A stretch of DNA of 64,000 nt from Callorhinchus milii (Eukaryota), in assembly GCF_018977255.1 (NCBI RefSeq), contig NW_024704742.1, forward strand, positions 7,070,001 through 7,134,000, read 5' to 3'. The notes beneath the pieces were generated by a model. That model saw nothing but the letters and a program-made list of their open reading frames with translations, made no database searches and was not told the DNA's origin. Every line of letters begins with the position of its first letter. The stretch's first letter is position 1. The position numbers and the translations under genes were made by a program. Of the stretch, positions 11,601 through 23,380 are shown in pieces.

Positions 11601-12695
11601 AAGGAGGAACCTGAAATATCGATCATCATTTTGATGGGCAGGGACCCTTAAATCTTTATATAAATATATATATATATACACACATACGCAGTATTATTTA
11701 TATATACAAAAGGTCTCCTCTTATCTATATGGTGAATATATTACATTTTACTTTAGTCGGCCACAAAAAGTGTCAGTGAAAACTATTGACTGAAATTACC
11801 ACATAAAGGTAACAGTTACACTTGATATAGTGCCTTTTCACTTCGTCAGCCGCTTCACAGGATTGTGCTGTTAAAGTGTAGTGTTTGTGTATTTCGAGGT
11901 ACACTTGCACCAAATCCTCTCACGTGACTTTGGGGACATTTTTTTTCCCCCGGCACCTGCTGATGTGGCTGTGTTCTTTAGTTGCATTTATTGAGCTTCT
12001 TCACAAAATACCGCAGATTGCTGGGTGCCATTGCTCACTCAGCTGCAGTGTATCCGTGGAGTGTAATTCTCGTGCTTCTCGGTTGAGGTTTGACTTTTCT
12101 GCCACAAGATGGCAATGTGTTACTTAAGTTGCAGTTGCCTTGTTCTGGTTGTGTGTCTTAACAAATGGAAGGATATCGTTCACGGGCTTAAGAGTATCCA
12201 AACCAGTTTGAGAGGACCAGTTATGCATTCCACCTAAGCCTTGGGGACACCAGAAGATGCATTGGGGGGTACTACTAGAGTTTAACCAGCTAAAAATCAG
12301 CTTCCAATTGTTTATCCAGCGAGGATCACCCTACCCATTAGGGTTTGGGCTTGCAGAGTTAGCAGAAACCAATTAGGAAGTATCCTTGTACTGGTCGATC
12401 CGGTAAGTCCTGCTGACGAGGCAGGCTAGCTGGTCTGTCATCAGCACTGCCTTGGGACTTCCTCCTGACATGAAAGGCGCTATACAAATGTAACTTGTTG
12501 TTGTGGTTGCCTTGGGAGATCGTCAAACGTGCCCAGCTCCAGTTCCACACTATTGAGACTGCCAAAAGGCTTGTCTCGATTCAAATATTCCATCTCCAGG
12601 CACGTCACCTTTAGAGCCAGTTCAGCTGTGAGGAGACCCTCTTACATCCTCCGTCCCTAACCCCAAGGAAGATACAACAACAAATTAATAATATA

Positions 12696-13073
12696 TAATA
12701 ATAATCCTTGCATTTGATTTTGAGCCTTATCACGTCTTCGAGACATCTCAAAACGCTTCACAAAATACATGCAAAGTGAATTGACTGTATATTTTGTGGG
12801 GGAAAAGCAAAAGCCAATTGCGCACAGCAGCGTCCCACAAACAGTCGTGGATTGAAGTGACCAATTTATCATTATTATTATTTTTTTGAGGGAATTATTA
12901 CCCCAGGAAAAGCGATCCGCCACTCGACTAACAACCGGGTTCCTACTTACTGCTAGGTAAATAGAGGTGTGTGAAATAAGGAAACTTGCCCAACATTTTG
13001 CCCTGCCAGGAATCAAACCCAGGTTGCTCACTTGTGAGGCGAGCGCTCTAACCACTAAGCTGCAGGACTCCAC
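12696..13073 (-). mobile_element. SINE-A, full length
   Basis: Head to (ATT)n tail, complete. Confidence 0.93.
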
Positions 13074-13084
13074 ATCCTAAACTA

Positions 13085-13366
13085 CAGGAAGCAGTCATAC
13101 ACTATATCTACAAGCTCAGAGTCTTTCCCACTTGAGCATTGTCAGTTTATGTCGGGCTGATTGAAGTTCCCCATCAGTACTACAACTGCAACAACAACAA
13201 GATTACATTTCTATAGCACCTTTCGCATCGGGAAGGCCTTTTACTTTCTTTTTCTCACACATATTCCCAATATTATCATACAGTGACAAGTTGTTTTCTC
13301 TGTTTTGGCCTGGCCACCTAAATCAAACCCTCAATGTTCTCCTTTTCTTGTTGAGGACATCTAACC
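13085..13366 (-). mobile_element. CR1 endonuclease fragment, inverted relative to 10604-10827
   Basis: Reverse complement aligns colinearly to 10604-10827; a short L2 tail is inserted at ~13188-13237. Confidence 0.85.
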
Positions 13367-13374
13367 TTGGAGTC

Positions 13375-14575
13375 ATCTGAACTCCTTCCCCTCTGGGCTT
13401 CCTCCTGTAATAACATATCCTCCTCGCTGAATGCACCTGGCTTAAATATAACCTAACAGTCCATCAGCAGATGTGGCTAGACCTTATCAAAACTTACCCC
13501 TCCGCCCTCGCCTCCACTAAATCGTCGTTCCACTCCAAGACAATCTTGAAGGCCAATGGCAACCCCAGGCTCCTCTTCTCCATCACCAACTGGCTCCTCT
13601 GGCCCACCCTCTCATACCTCGTCCATCCTCACCTCCAATGCCAACTGCGAGGAGATGCTGGACTTCCTCGAAACCAAAGTCGAGGGAATCCACTCAGCTG
13701 CCTCCGCCCTTCCGTCTACTACCCCCTGCCCATCTCCCCCTCACACCCCGGCCCCTACCCATCCATCCCCTCCCTCCACACCTTCGAACCTGTCTCCCCC
13801 TCCTCTCTCACCTCCACCATAAACCACATGAAACCAACTACCTGCTTCCTCGCCCCATCCCTACCCCTTTCCTTACCTCCCAGCTCCACCTCCTTGTCCC
13901 CTATTCACAGACATCATAAACCTCTCCCTGTCCACTGGCAATGTTCCCATCCCTTTAAAAACAGCTGTCATCACTCCTATCTTTAAAAAACCTTCCCTGG
14001 ACCCATCCCTGCTCGCAAATTACCGTTACATCTCCAACCTTCCTTTCCTTTCCAAGATCCAGGAACGAATCGATGCTTCCCAGCTTTGCTCTTCCTTTTC
14101 CTGCCACTCCCTTCACGAACCCCTCCAATTGAGTTTCCGTACTGCCCATAGCACAGAAACAGCTTTGATCAGTGAAAAACGACATTTTGTCCATATGCGA
14201 CCAGGGTTCTCTCTGCCCGCTCATCCTTTTTGACCCCTCTGCTGCCTTTGATACCATTGACCATTCTATCCTCCACCATCGCCTCTTCTCTCACCTCAAC
14301 CTTCATGTTTCTGTCCTTGAATGGTTCAGATCCTACCTCTCACACGGTCTCCACTTCATCTCCGCAAACAGCTTCTCTTCTAGCCCCCATACCGTCTCGT
14401 GTAGAGTTCCTCAAGGCTCTGCTCTTGGTCCCCTCCTCTTCAATATCTATATGCTCCTCTTGGTGACATCAGCCGCAGACATGGGGTCCACTTCCACATG
14501 TATGTAGATGACACCCAACTGTATCTCTCTAACTCCACCCTCGACTCCAGGACCACTGCTGTCCTGACAGGTTGC
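13375..14575 (+). mobile_element. L2 LINE ORF2 reverse-transcriptase region (decayed)
   Basis: KTAVITPIFKKPSLDPSLLANYRYISNLPFLSKI, FRTAHSTETAL, AAFDTIDH, VPQGSALGPLLFNIYM, YVDDTQLY; frameshifted. Confidence 0.95.
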
Positions 14576-14579
14576 TAAA

Positions 14580-14785
14580 GGTTAGCAGGTCACAGCGGTA
14601 GGAAGGAGCAAGGCTGTGGAAGGCTTTAAAGGACGAGGATTTTGAACTTTATTCTCTGGGGGATGGGGAGCCAGTGGAGGCTGACGAGAATGGGGATGAT
14701 AGGGTCACGGAGCTTGGTGCAGGAGAGGACACAACCTGGATGATCTGGATGATCTGTGGAGGGAAGAATTGGGAATGCCGACAAG
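14580..14785 (-). mobile_element. L2 ORF2 post-RT fragment
   Basis: RDPIIPILVSLHWLPIPQRIKFKILVL. Confidence 0.88.
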
Positions 14786-15354
14786 CAGGCAAGGTAATCA
14801 TTAACGGTCATTTGACATCTAACAAGCACAGGTTTCAGCCCTCACTGGGTGGATGGCAGACTCTTAGTGAGCCGCACAGCTCAGCATGAAGTGAGAGCAT
14901 CGCCACCATCGAAGATGTAATAAGGCGCTTTATCAAATGCAAGGATTATTATTATTATCCGCCTGCCCACAACACGGAGACACTGAATGAAGGTTCCACC
15001 AATTGGAGGTATAGACATTGAGCAGCAGCTACTTATCTCTCTGCAAACCGATCAAGGATAAATGAGCGTGTTCACGGGCCAGCACTCCAGGTAACGCCTT
15101 CCAGCAGCTGCTGTCCCAATCCTCAGAGTTACCTCATCAGCTATTTGGCTGACATCTACCTACAGCCTGGAAGGACCTGTACAGGACAGCTTGCGATGTA
15201 CCATGGGTCCAAGATGAATGCTACTCCTCTTGACAATGACACAAAGTCACAATGTTTTTGACTGAATAATTCCAGCTCTAGGGGCAAACATTGCAAGGTT
15301 GCTTAACATATTCAATATGTACCAAATTGTTTTGTTCTACTGTTAGACAGAGGT

Positions 15355-15530
15355 AGTTCATAGCAAGGAAGGAGGCCATTCAGCCCATCGTGCCCGTGCC
15401 AGCTCGTGAAAGAGCTATCCGAATTAATCACACTCTGTCCCAATATCCTTGCAAATTTGTCCTCACCAAATATTTATCCACTTCTCTCTTGAAAGTTGTT
15501 ATCGAATCCGCTTCCACCACCCTTTCAGGC
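15355..15530 (-). mobile_element. CR1 LINE 3' end
   Basis: 'ggaggccattcagcccatcgtgcccgtgccagctc...gaatccgcttccaccacccttcaggc' is a reverse-complement CR1 3' UTR and ORF2 end. Confidence 0.8.
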
Positions 15531-16067
15531 CTTGGTTATTGTTCTATCAATTCAGAAGGTAGGAGGAGAATGGTAGAATTTTTCAACATAGAAAGCCACT
15601 TCGGCTCATCAAGAGTTTTCAAAAGACGGTGGCAAAGTGGCTGAAGGCTTGCCCATCAATGATGGGGCAGAATGGGTGTGGAGCATACACCTGGTAAAGA
15701 AATATAGCAATTGTAACTGAGAGATTGTGCCTTAATAAAAGCAATCTCCTCGTTGCACCATTCAACATCTCAAAACACTTCGAAGGACAGAATCTTGGTT
15801 TAATATTTCATCCAAAGAATGCTATCTCTGACAATGCCGCACCTTCCAACACTTGCACAGTGTCAGCTCAAAAGTTCCTGCACAAATACTAACAGTCTCA
15901 GATCCTTATACCTTGACCATTGCGTTCAGAAGTTAAATCCAGAGCTGGAACTGAAGTTCCTGGAGCTTGAATTAGCCTTCAAGATGTCTGTGACTTATTC
16001 ACATGATACCTCAGAATTCTCTCTAAATCTTTGTGTGCTCAAGGCAGCTATCAATGTTAAATGCATG

Positions 16068-16272
16068 ACAACAACAGCAACAACTTGAATTTATATAGCT
16101 TCCTTCATGCGGGCCAGCATTTCGGAGCGCTTAACAGTGGAGGAGCCTGACGTCGAGCCAACGGGCAGGGAGGGGGTGACCATAAGCACGGCCAAAGAGG
16201 GGGGATCTTCAGTGGTGATCTGAAAGAGGGGAAGGAGGGGGCAAGGCAGAGGGATTGGGGGAGAGACTTTCA
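16068..16272 (-). mobile_element. L2 LINE 3' end (second tail type)
   Basis: 'aacaacttgaatttatatagctcccttcatgcggg...gagcgcttaacagtgg' tail. Confidence 0.8.
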
Positions 16273-16334
16273 CTATGACCTCCTGTCCATAACATGATCA
16301 TCTCCAGCTACTCGTGGTCAATACCTCACAAATG

Positions 16335-16573
16335 GTGTAGAATTCCATTCGGGTCTAGATTCACTCTAGTAACCTAACATTTCCGAGCACGTAGAATATG
16401 GCAAACTTAAGCCTTTAACTTTGAAATCTGTTTCTTGTTCTTCGAAGAATTCACAGAAAAAGTGGTCATTAAAAATTAAAGAATTGCATTTCAGAATTTG
16501 ACAGATTCTGCACGATTGGAAATGTTAAAAATTGATAAGAGTGAAATCTAGACTCCAGGGGAATTTCTGGTCC
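16335..16573. mobile_element. Palindromic MITE-like element (family Y)
   Basis: Inverted ends 'ggtgtagaattccattcgggtctagattcac' / 'gtgaaatctagactccaggggaatttctggtcc'; inner inverted pair 'taacatttcc..agaatatggcaaa' / 'tttgacagattct..ggaaatgtta'; related copies at 42610-42735 and 44735-44897. Confidence 0.6.
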
Positions 16574-17959
16574 CAACGTTTTTTAAAAAGTGAGGCACTT
16601 TACACTTGCAACGTGATAATTGCAATTACGGAGCTCTGTGGCTTTGATGACCTTTGAAATTCCTGTCAAGTGTCAGCAATTCTATTCTGGCCACTTTTAT
16701 CAGCGCACTGTGGTAAAGTGCTTCATTTCTGAGGTACCAAGGCTCAGTTTCCCTCTTAATACGAGCCTGAATTTAATCCCATATTTTAGCCTTAGAATTT
16801 AGAAATGTTTGATAGCTGCAGTCAAAACACTTTGATATGTTCAGGTATGAAAGGGAAGTTGATCCGTCAGCATAGTAGGTGGTTTAAAATCAGGGATAGG
16901 TTTACCCTAACAACTCAGATCCAATCTCCTGTGGATTACCATTGTTTCATAGCTTTGTGGAGATTGGCACACGGGCATGAATAGATTTACAGAGATTTAT
17001 TTAGGTGTCACATTTCTTAATAGCTGTAATTTTCATTGCATTACATTAGCTGAAAGGGCTTGATTGTTAGTGAGAAGATTGCTGTATAGCACAACCACAC
17101 ATACTGAGGGTATTTTAGTTTAGACCCAAATCTGTATCACCTCAGCACTTCTTCCCCCCCCAAAAGCCCTCCCGTGTTTAGGGGCTCCTGGATAATTACT
17201 TTTATTTTCCTTTATGAAGAAAGAAGTGCTCAGGTGGGTACAAACAACAAATTACATTTATATAAGCGCCTTTCACGTCAGAAGGATGTCCAACAATTGT
17301 GGCCCTCAAATGCCACAATCTAGCACTTCCATCCAATGTATTCTTGCCAGGCTTATCAAATATCTTTCACAAGAATCAGAATTATCATTTACGAAGCATA
17401 AAAGACAAGTAATTAAAGAAAATTCCAGATGTACACCCCCGACTTTATCAAAATTTAGATCCAAAGTCATTGAGAGGGCTGCAATCACTTTAGTTCCAAT
17501 TCAAAAGTCACCGGCTGAACTCAACTCAGCCCAACCATTTGGACAAAGTGGGGAAGTGTTATTTATTGTCCTGGTTGGAAATTTTACATTTTCACTACAA
17601 TAATTACTTTTGTGAGAGAAGAAACGAGCACGGCATAGCCGAGTGCTACAGATACATTGAGATGTACCCCTGCCTGGTGTGGATGTTATTTGAAGCACAT
17701 TTTGTTGTGAATACTGAGCTGATACAAGACCTGTTCCCACCAGAGTCTGGAAAGAGTGAGTGAAAAATAAGTGAGAGTGGCACCAAGGTTATACCCACTA
17801 GCAAGGCACAGCTTCTCACAGACTTCAACTCCAAAGCCCCTTTTAAATTACCGTAAATTTTTTTGTCTGCTTGTTTAGGTAATATCAGGCAAAAATCGTT
17901 CCAACCTTTAGTCCAGGAATGAAACCCTGGGCCTATGAATTGCTCTTTACTTCTCTCAC

Positions 17960-18170
17960 TTAGAAAGGATATCTTAGATGATGGTCTTCAGATGCAGTCT
18001 GCCTGGGTTGAGTTAAGAAATAATAAGGGATCTGTTACCATTAAAGACCGCTGCATAGAGGGAAAAAAATACCGTAGAAGACCTCTCTATTTGCAGCCAA
18101 TTTAGAGAGGTTTGCAGTAAAAGGCCTATAATAAAGGGAGACTTTAACCAACCTAATAACGGCAGTCAAA
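17960..18170 (+). mobile_element. CR1 endonuclease relic
   Basis: SAWVELRNNKGSVTI...EVCSKRPIIKGDFNQP. Confidence 0.65.
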
Positions 18171-18615
18171 ATTGAGTAGGGTTTGCAGAATATAGCCTGC
18201 CAGGTGATACCAATCTAACTAGACATAAATACTGAATGCAACTTAATCATTCACCAATAATGAGGATATAAATGAACTACAACTATTTGATTCTGGTTTA
18301 TAAGATTGTGCACATTGTCTAATTTGCCTGGAAATGCCCCTCTCCTGGAGACATTACAATCACAATTTGGCTGCTCTCTCCCTTACCCGCCCTCCACCTT
18401 CCCAAGAAGTTGGACACAAAAGGGATAAACTTTCTCGGCTTCTTTATTATACTGAAACACCAATGGACTTTGACATGCTTTTTCACCACTAAAAATAGAG
18501 TAGTAACACATTCAGTTCGAATTGTTTTGAAATAAAATTACTTCCTGCAGATAAAGATGATTTCACTGCACTGGGAAGATGGGACATAATAATGATAATC
18601 CCTGCAATTGATGTA

Positions 18616-19006
18616 AATAATAATAATCCTTGCATTCGATATAGCGACTTATCGCGTCTTCTGGACGCCTCAAAGCGCTTCACAGATTATACTGTAGAGT
18701 GAATTGACCGTATATTTTGTGGACGAAACGCAACAGCCAAGTGACCAAATTGTTTTGCGCTTTGGGATGTCCTCCCGACGTGAAATGCGCTCTATAAATG
18801 TAATTTTGGTGTTTTTTTTTAAAGGAATTATTACCCCCGGAAAAGCGATCCGCCAATCAACTAACAGCAGGGTTCCTACTTACTGCCAGCAAAACATGCG
18901 TGTGGAGTAAGGAAACTTGCCAAACGTTTCGCCCTGCCTGGGAATCGAACCCAGGTCCTCTCACTTCCGAGGCGAGTGCTCTAACCACTGTGTTACAGGA
19001 CTCCAC
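18616..19006 (-). mobile_element. SINE-A, full length, with an opposite-strand L2 tail nested at ~18755-18815
   Basis: Head and tail present; internal 'gcgctttgggatgtcctcccgacgtgaaatgcgctctataaatgtaatttt'. Confidence 0.9.
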
Positions 19007-19596
19007 GTATAGTGCTTTCCACATTACCTTTCAGTCTAGCGACTATGTACTTCATAGATGAAAATAGAGATCACAGAAAATAGCCCCAAATGCTAACTTT
19101 TTTCAAAAATACTCCATATGAATCAAATCAAAACAGCCTTTTAGAAGTTGGGGATGGAGTATTTCAAGCCGCACGGTAATGGCAAGCCTTAAATAAGGAA
19201 TGGAATGTGTTTAAAAATTACTGCAATTTTGACCCCTAAGACTTTCCTCCAGGGGGAAATCGGTCATTATTGATGCAGTAATTTCAAGCTGTATATTTGA
19301 TGATGGAGGAGGGACTGCAACCATTTCCAATGCAGTTGTTGTTACTAATGCAGTAAATTCTATGTCTGAGATCTGTGACCAAAGCAATAAGTTAGCTCAA
19401 TGTGTCAGGGAAAAAAAGCGCAATTTATAATAAATACCTGACATGAAACTCCTTCCCTGGTTTTATTATTCAAGGGTTCCCCTGCCCCCCATTGCAATCC
19501 AGGGAAATGACCTCCAGGATGATTGAGTTTGAACAGTGAGCACAATTCTATTACATCCACGTCCAGAATGGAAATGATTTCATTAAAATTACATCA

Positions 19597-20075
19597 AATA
19601 AAATTGGTCACTCACACCACGGCTGTCTGTGGGACATTGATGTGTGCAAATTAACTACTGCATTCGCCTCTGAAAAACACAGCACTTCCATTTTACAGTA
19701 TCTCCTGTGAAGCACTGAGACATCCTCCCAACTTGAAAGACACTATACCAAGAATGATTATTATTACTATTATAAACCTTTTCATTCTATTTTTTTCTTT
19801 AAACCATTGAACTCTTTTTTGTGCATTCACTCAACATAGGTGAAAATGCAACAAAAGCATCCAGCACACATCAATGGCCAACTTTATTAGGTAGATTAAT
19901 GGCCAAGACGATGGGGGAAAACTTCTTTCTCCTTTTGTGTCGTGAATGAAATCTTTAATGTCCACCTGAACAGGCAGGCAGGTCCGCAGTTTAATGTCTC
20001 ATCCAATTGAATTGGAGGTTTGAATCCATAACCTTCTGACTCCGAGGTGAGAGTGCTACCAACTGTGCCAGGCAG
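19597..20075. mobile_element. Two SINE-B pieces (3' tail on + at 19597-19770; Deu domain and head on - at ~19880-20075)
   Basis: Tail 'aaattggtcactcacaccacggctgtctgtggg'; reverse-complement head 'accttctgactccgaggtgagagtgctaccaactgtgccaggc'. Confidence 0.75.
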
Positions 20076-21324
20076 ATATCCTGTTCCATGGATTGGGCCA
20101 ACACTAATCTGTAAGTGGCCACTGGAATATACACAGGAGTCTGCTGTATTGAAATTTCCTCAACCTTATTTCCATCATCACTGGATGTGAAAAGCTTACC
20201 TATGCACAAGGAAGAATTTTCTCCAACCGTCACACCTCTTCCCACCACCCAAAAATGATTTTGACCCACAAGTATGTCTCAACTTTGCTTTTCCTGCTTC
20301 AAAGAATAATTCAGCAGTCCCCTTGCTGTCTCGTGTGACTTGTGAGCCCTGTACCCAAAATTCTTACAATGAAAATAAAGGTTCTGATAGGAATGTAAGG
20401 GTTTAACAGCTTTTCTGCGTGGTATGTATAGACGTGGGTTTCCAGACAGAGTGTTTGTTGATACAGGTCAGACTGTAAAACAGTGCACAACATTGAAGCA
20501 CATTGTGTGGGTAAAGTATTTGTAATGACGGACCATCCTTCAGAATGATTGATAAAGCTGTTCCTGATATGGTATCACAGCTAATGTGAGGTCAATAGAC
20601 TCCGCGCTCTTTGCTCAATGTGACTTATTGTTCACAAAGTCATCCCGACCTATCACACAAATAAAAAAAAGTTTATATCTGATACCGGTCTGGAAAATTT
20701 ACTCTAAAGGATTGCGGGACAGGGGGGCAGGAGGGTGAGAGAAACATAATTCTGACAGTGATAGAACGTTTAACCAGGATATATGGCGTGGATCTTGACA
20801 TTGGTTTGGTAACATAATCAGGTGAGACAGAAAGATTATCGCCTTCCAAACATTTTGAGCACAAATTCAAACAAAGAGGCCTCTTTCTCTGCACTGTTCA
20901 CTTAAAGTTGTGGAGTTGCTCTAAGTGCTATTCGATTCCATCTGACGAGGTGAGCGAATTTATCCCTGTGCATTGATAAAGTGCATTTAAATTATAAATA
21001 ACATTACAACAACAAATTTCATTTATATACGCCTTTCAATTCAGGAGGACGCCCCAAGGTGTTGATTATGTAATGCATCTAAGATTAACTTAAGACATTT
21101 AAAATTGCATTATGATTATTTACGAATGCAAAGGGAGAAGATCAACACAATGCACAGTGACAGATTTGGTATTTTGCTATGTTGAACAGAGCAGAATAAC
21201 CCATCAAAGCAGAACAAGCAATGCTTCAGCAAAATCTCCTCAACAACCTGGTCAAGTGATGTGTGAAAAATCATTCAGCATTTTGAAATTATGAGCTTGT
21301 GTGAAAAGTAGGAGCATATTTATA

Positions 21325-21808
21325 TTAATAATTGCATTTGATATAGCACCTTTCATATCAGGAGGACATTTAAAAACACTTCACAGGACATATTGTAAAG
21401 TGTAATGACTGTATTTTGTTTGCGAATGCGGCAGCCAATTCGTACACAGCAATGTCTCACAAACAGCCATAAAGTGAATGGCCAATTTTATTTTGTGGAT
21501 TGTTTGCCAGGACACTGGCATAAACTCATATTTAATTAAAAACTGTTTATTTGTAAATGAATTTGTCAGCTAATTTGTGCAGAAGATAGTCGCATGAACA
21601 GCCTTGAAGTGAAAGATCAATTTTATTTCTTTTCAAATGGTGCCATGGGATCTTTTAACATCCACCTTAACACGGCAGACAGAACTCTGGTTTAATGTCT
21701 CTTGCAAAGGACACCACCACCAACAATGGACTAGAGCATACGAGTTCAAAGTCTTGACGTAAGACTTAAACGCATATCTTTCTGACTGCTGCTAACTGAG
21801 CCAAGCTA
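21325..21808 (-). mobile_element. SINE-B with internal duplication
   Basis: Tail, Deu domain ('gtgccatgggatcttttaacatccacc') and head 'aactgagccaagct'. Confidence 0.8.
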
Positions 21809-23380
21809 TCTTCCATAGATATGAAGATGCAGGCAATTGTGGAGGTATATTTAATGCAATGTGCCATATTTGGTACGAGGTTCTTAGAACGAGGAATTTA
21901 AAATATTGTTTTAAGTGCTATTGATTAAACACTGCCCGCAACTCGGGCATGAGAATGAACACAGTGTTATGAACTGTTCTTTAGGCAATGCAAACTTAGA
22001 TGTCACCACATAACAACAATTGAATTTGTAATTACATTAAACAGAGGCACAGTACATTAATTTGCAATATTGTGCTGTCAAACTGATGCTTCTGTTCCTT
22101 CCATCAGAATCAACAGCAGCTGAGTGTACAATAGAGAACGGCAGCGTGAAAGATGGGAGTTTAATTAGGAAATCGTCTCCAGCTTGACTCAGTCCATGAC
22201 AAAACCTGACAATACAGGGAATATTTAACATTCAGATCATTCTGAGAGGTAATATCATTTAATAAGTTCGAACATTAAACCCTGATTTTATAATTTGGAT
22301 GCAATAAACCCTGATCTGAAAAAATAATCTTTCATAGTTCTTTTAAAATAAGTCTTCCATCTAACTTTATTACTCCCGAATGTATTTTGACAGTAATGAA
22401 AAAAGCATAGCCTCAGCTCGCTCCAGATCTGCTGTTATGATGGGAGCAAAAGTAGATATTTCCCCTTGGCGTGCTACTTTTGTTTGTGTAGTGCCTTTCA
22501 CACAGGATACGGGCTCGGCACCTTGGACATTGAGATCGGTGGGTCGGGCAGCTCTTGTACTGCTCTAACCTGCTCAAATTCAGCCACGTGTGAAAGTGGC
22601 TTGTCTGTCACATTCGACCAACCACTTTCACAGACGGGTTGGTCTGTCACATTCCTGCTGGAGCTCTCCTAATCTCCAGGTTATTAGAGGGAGATTTGTG
22701 ACATATCACAGCAGTTTCCACGCATCTAATCTATTATGAAATGTCACTGATTTCACCCTATCCTTGAGTTCTTTGCATGTTATGAATTGGAAGATTAGTG
22801 GCCCAATCACCAATATTATTAGTTTGTCCACGAGTCTATCTCAACCTTCAACCACTCTGCTCTGCATTCTGGAACTCCATCCCAATGACCTTCACCTTGT
22901 CCCAACCCTCTCTACTTTCAGAACCTGTTGTTAGACCCATCCCTTCAACCGTGCTTTTTTACCAGCTCCCCCACAGCTCAGGCTTCCAGTTACTTGTGTG
23001 AAGCACTTGAATTTGCTCAAACTTTTGCCAGAATTCACTCATGTCTAGAATTTGCTTAATAAGGGCGAATTGTTATTATTGATGATGATGCTGTTCAAGA
23101 GGTACCAGCCACTCTTTTAATGATTGGACTTAATAAACTCTTACTTCAGAGCTGGAAATAGTCAGTACCTTGAGTAGAGTTCATAATAACTTGGAAACTC
23201 ACAGACAAGCTTTGTGGTATTGCTTCACTGCTTGTGGTTATGGCTTGTTGTAGGAGTGCCCCAAGATGTTCTTCCGTAGATTTCATTGAAGAATCACCCT
23301 TCACCTACGTACTTTCTAAATGCCCATATTCACCTGGGAATCTTCCATCCCCCTGGAAGAGGTGACATTATAATTTAATT

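Noticed and set aside
12657..13073. Family of similar ORFs starting MESCS/MESYS (also 42136, 49876, 62051, 63387)
   Set aside because: Chance translations of SINE-A; frames break at different places in each copy.
15819..16088. LRR-like peptide SLRSLYLDHC
   Set aside because: Single partial motif; the ORF begins in a SINE-B fragment and ends in an L2 tail.
20199..20348. Minus-strand exon candidate (CAG...AG|GTAAGC, one open frame GSQVTRDSKG...)
   Set aside because: Weak pyrimidine tract, unrecognisable peptide, no partner exons.
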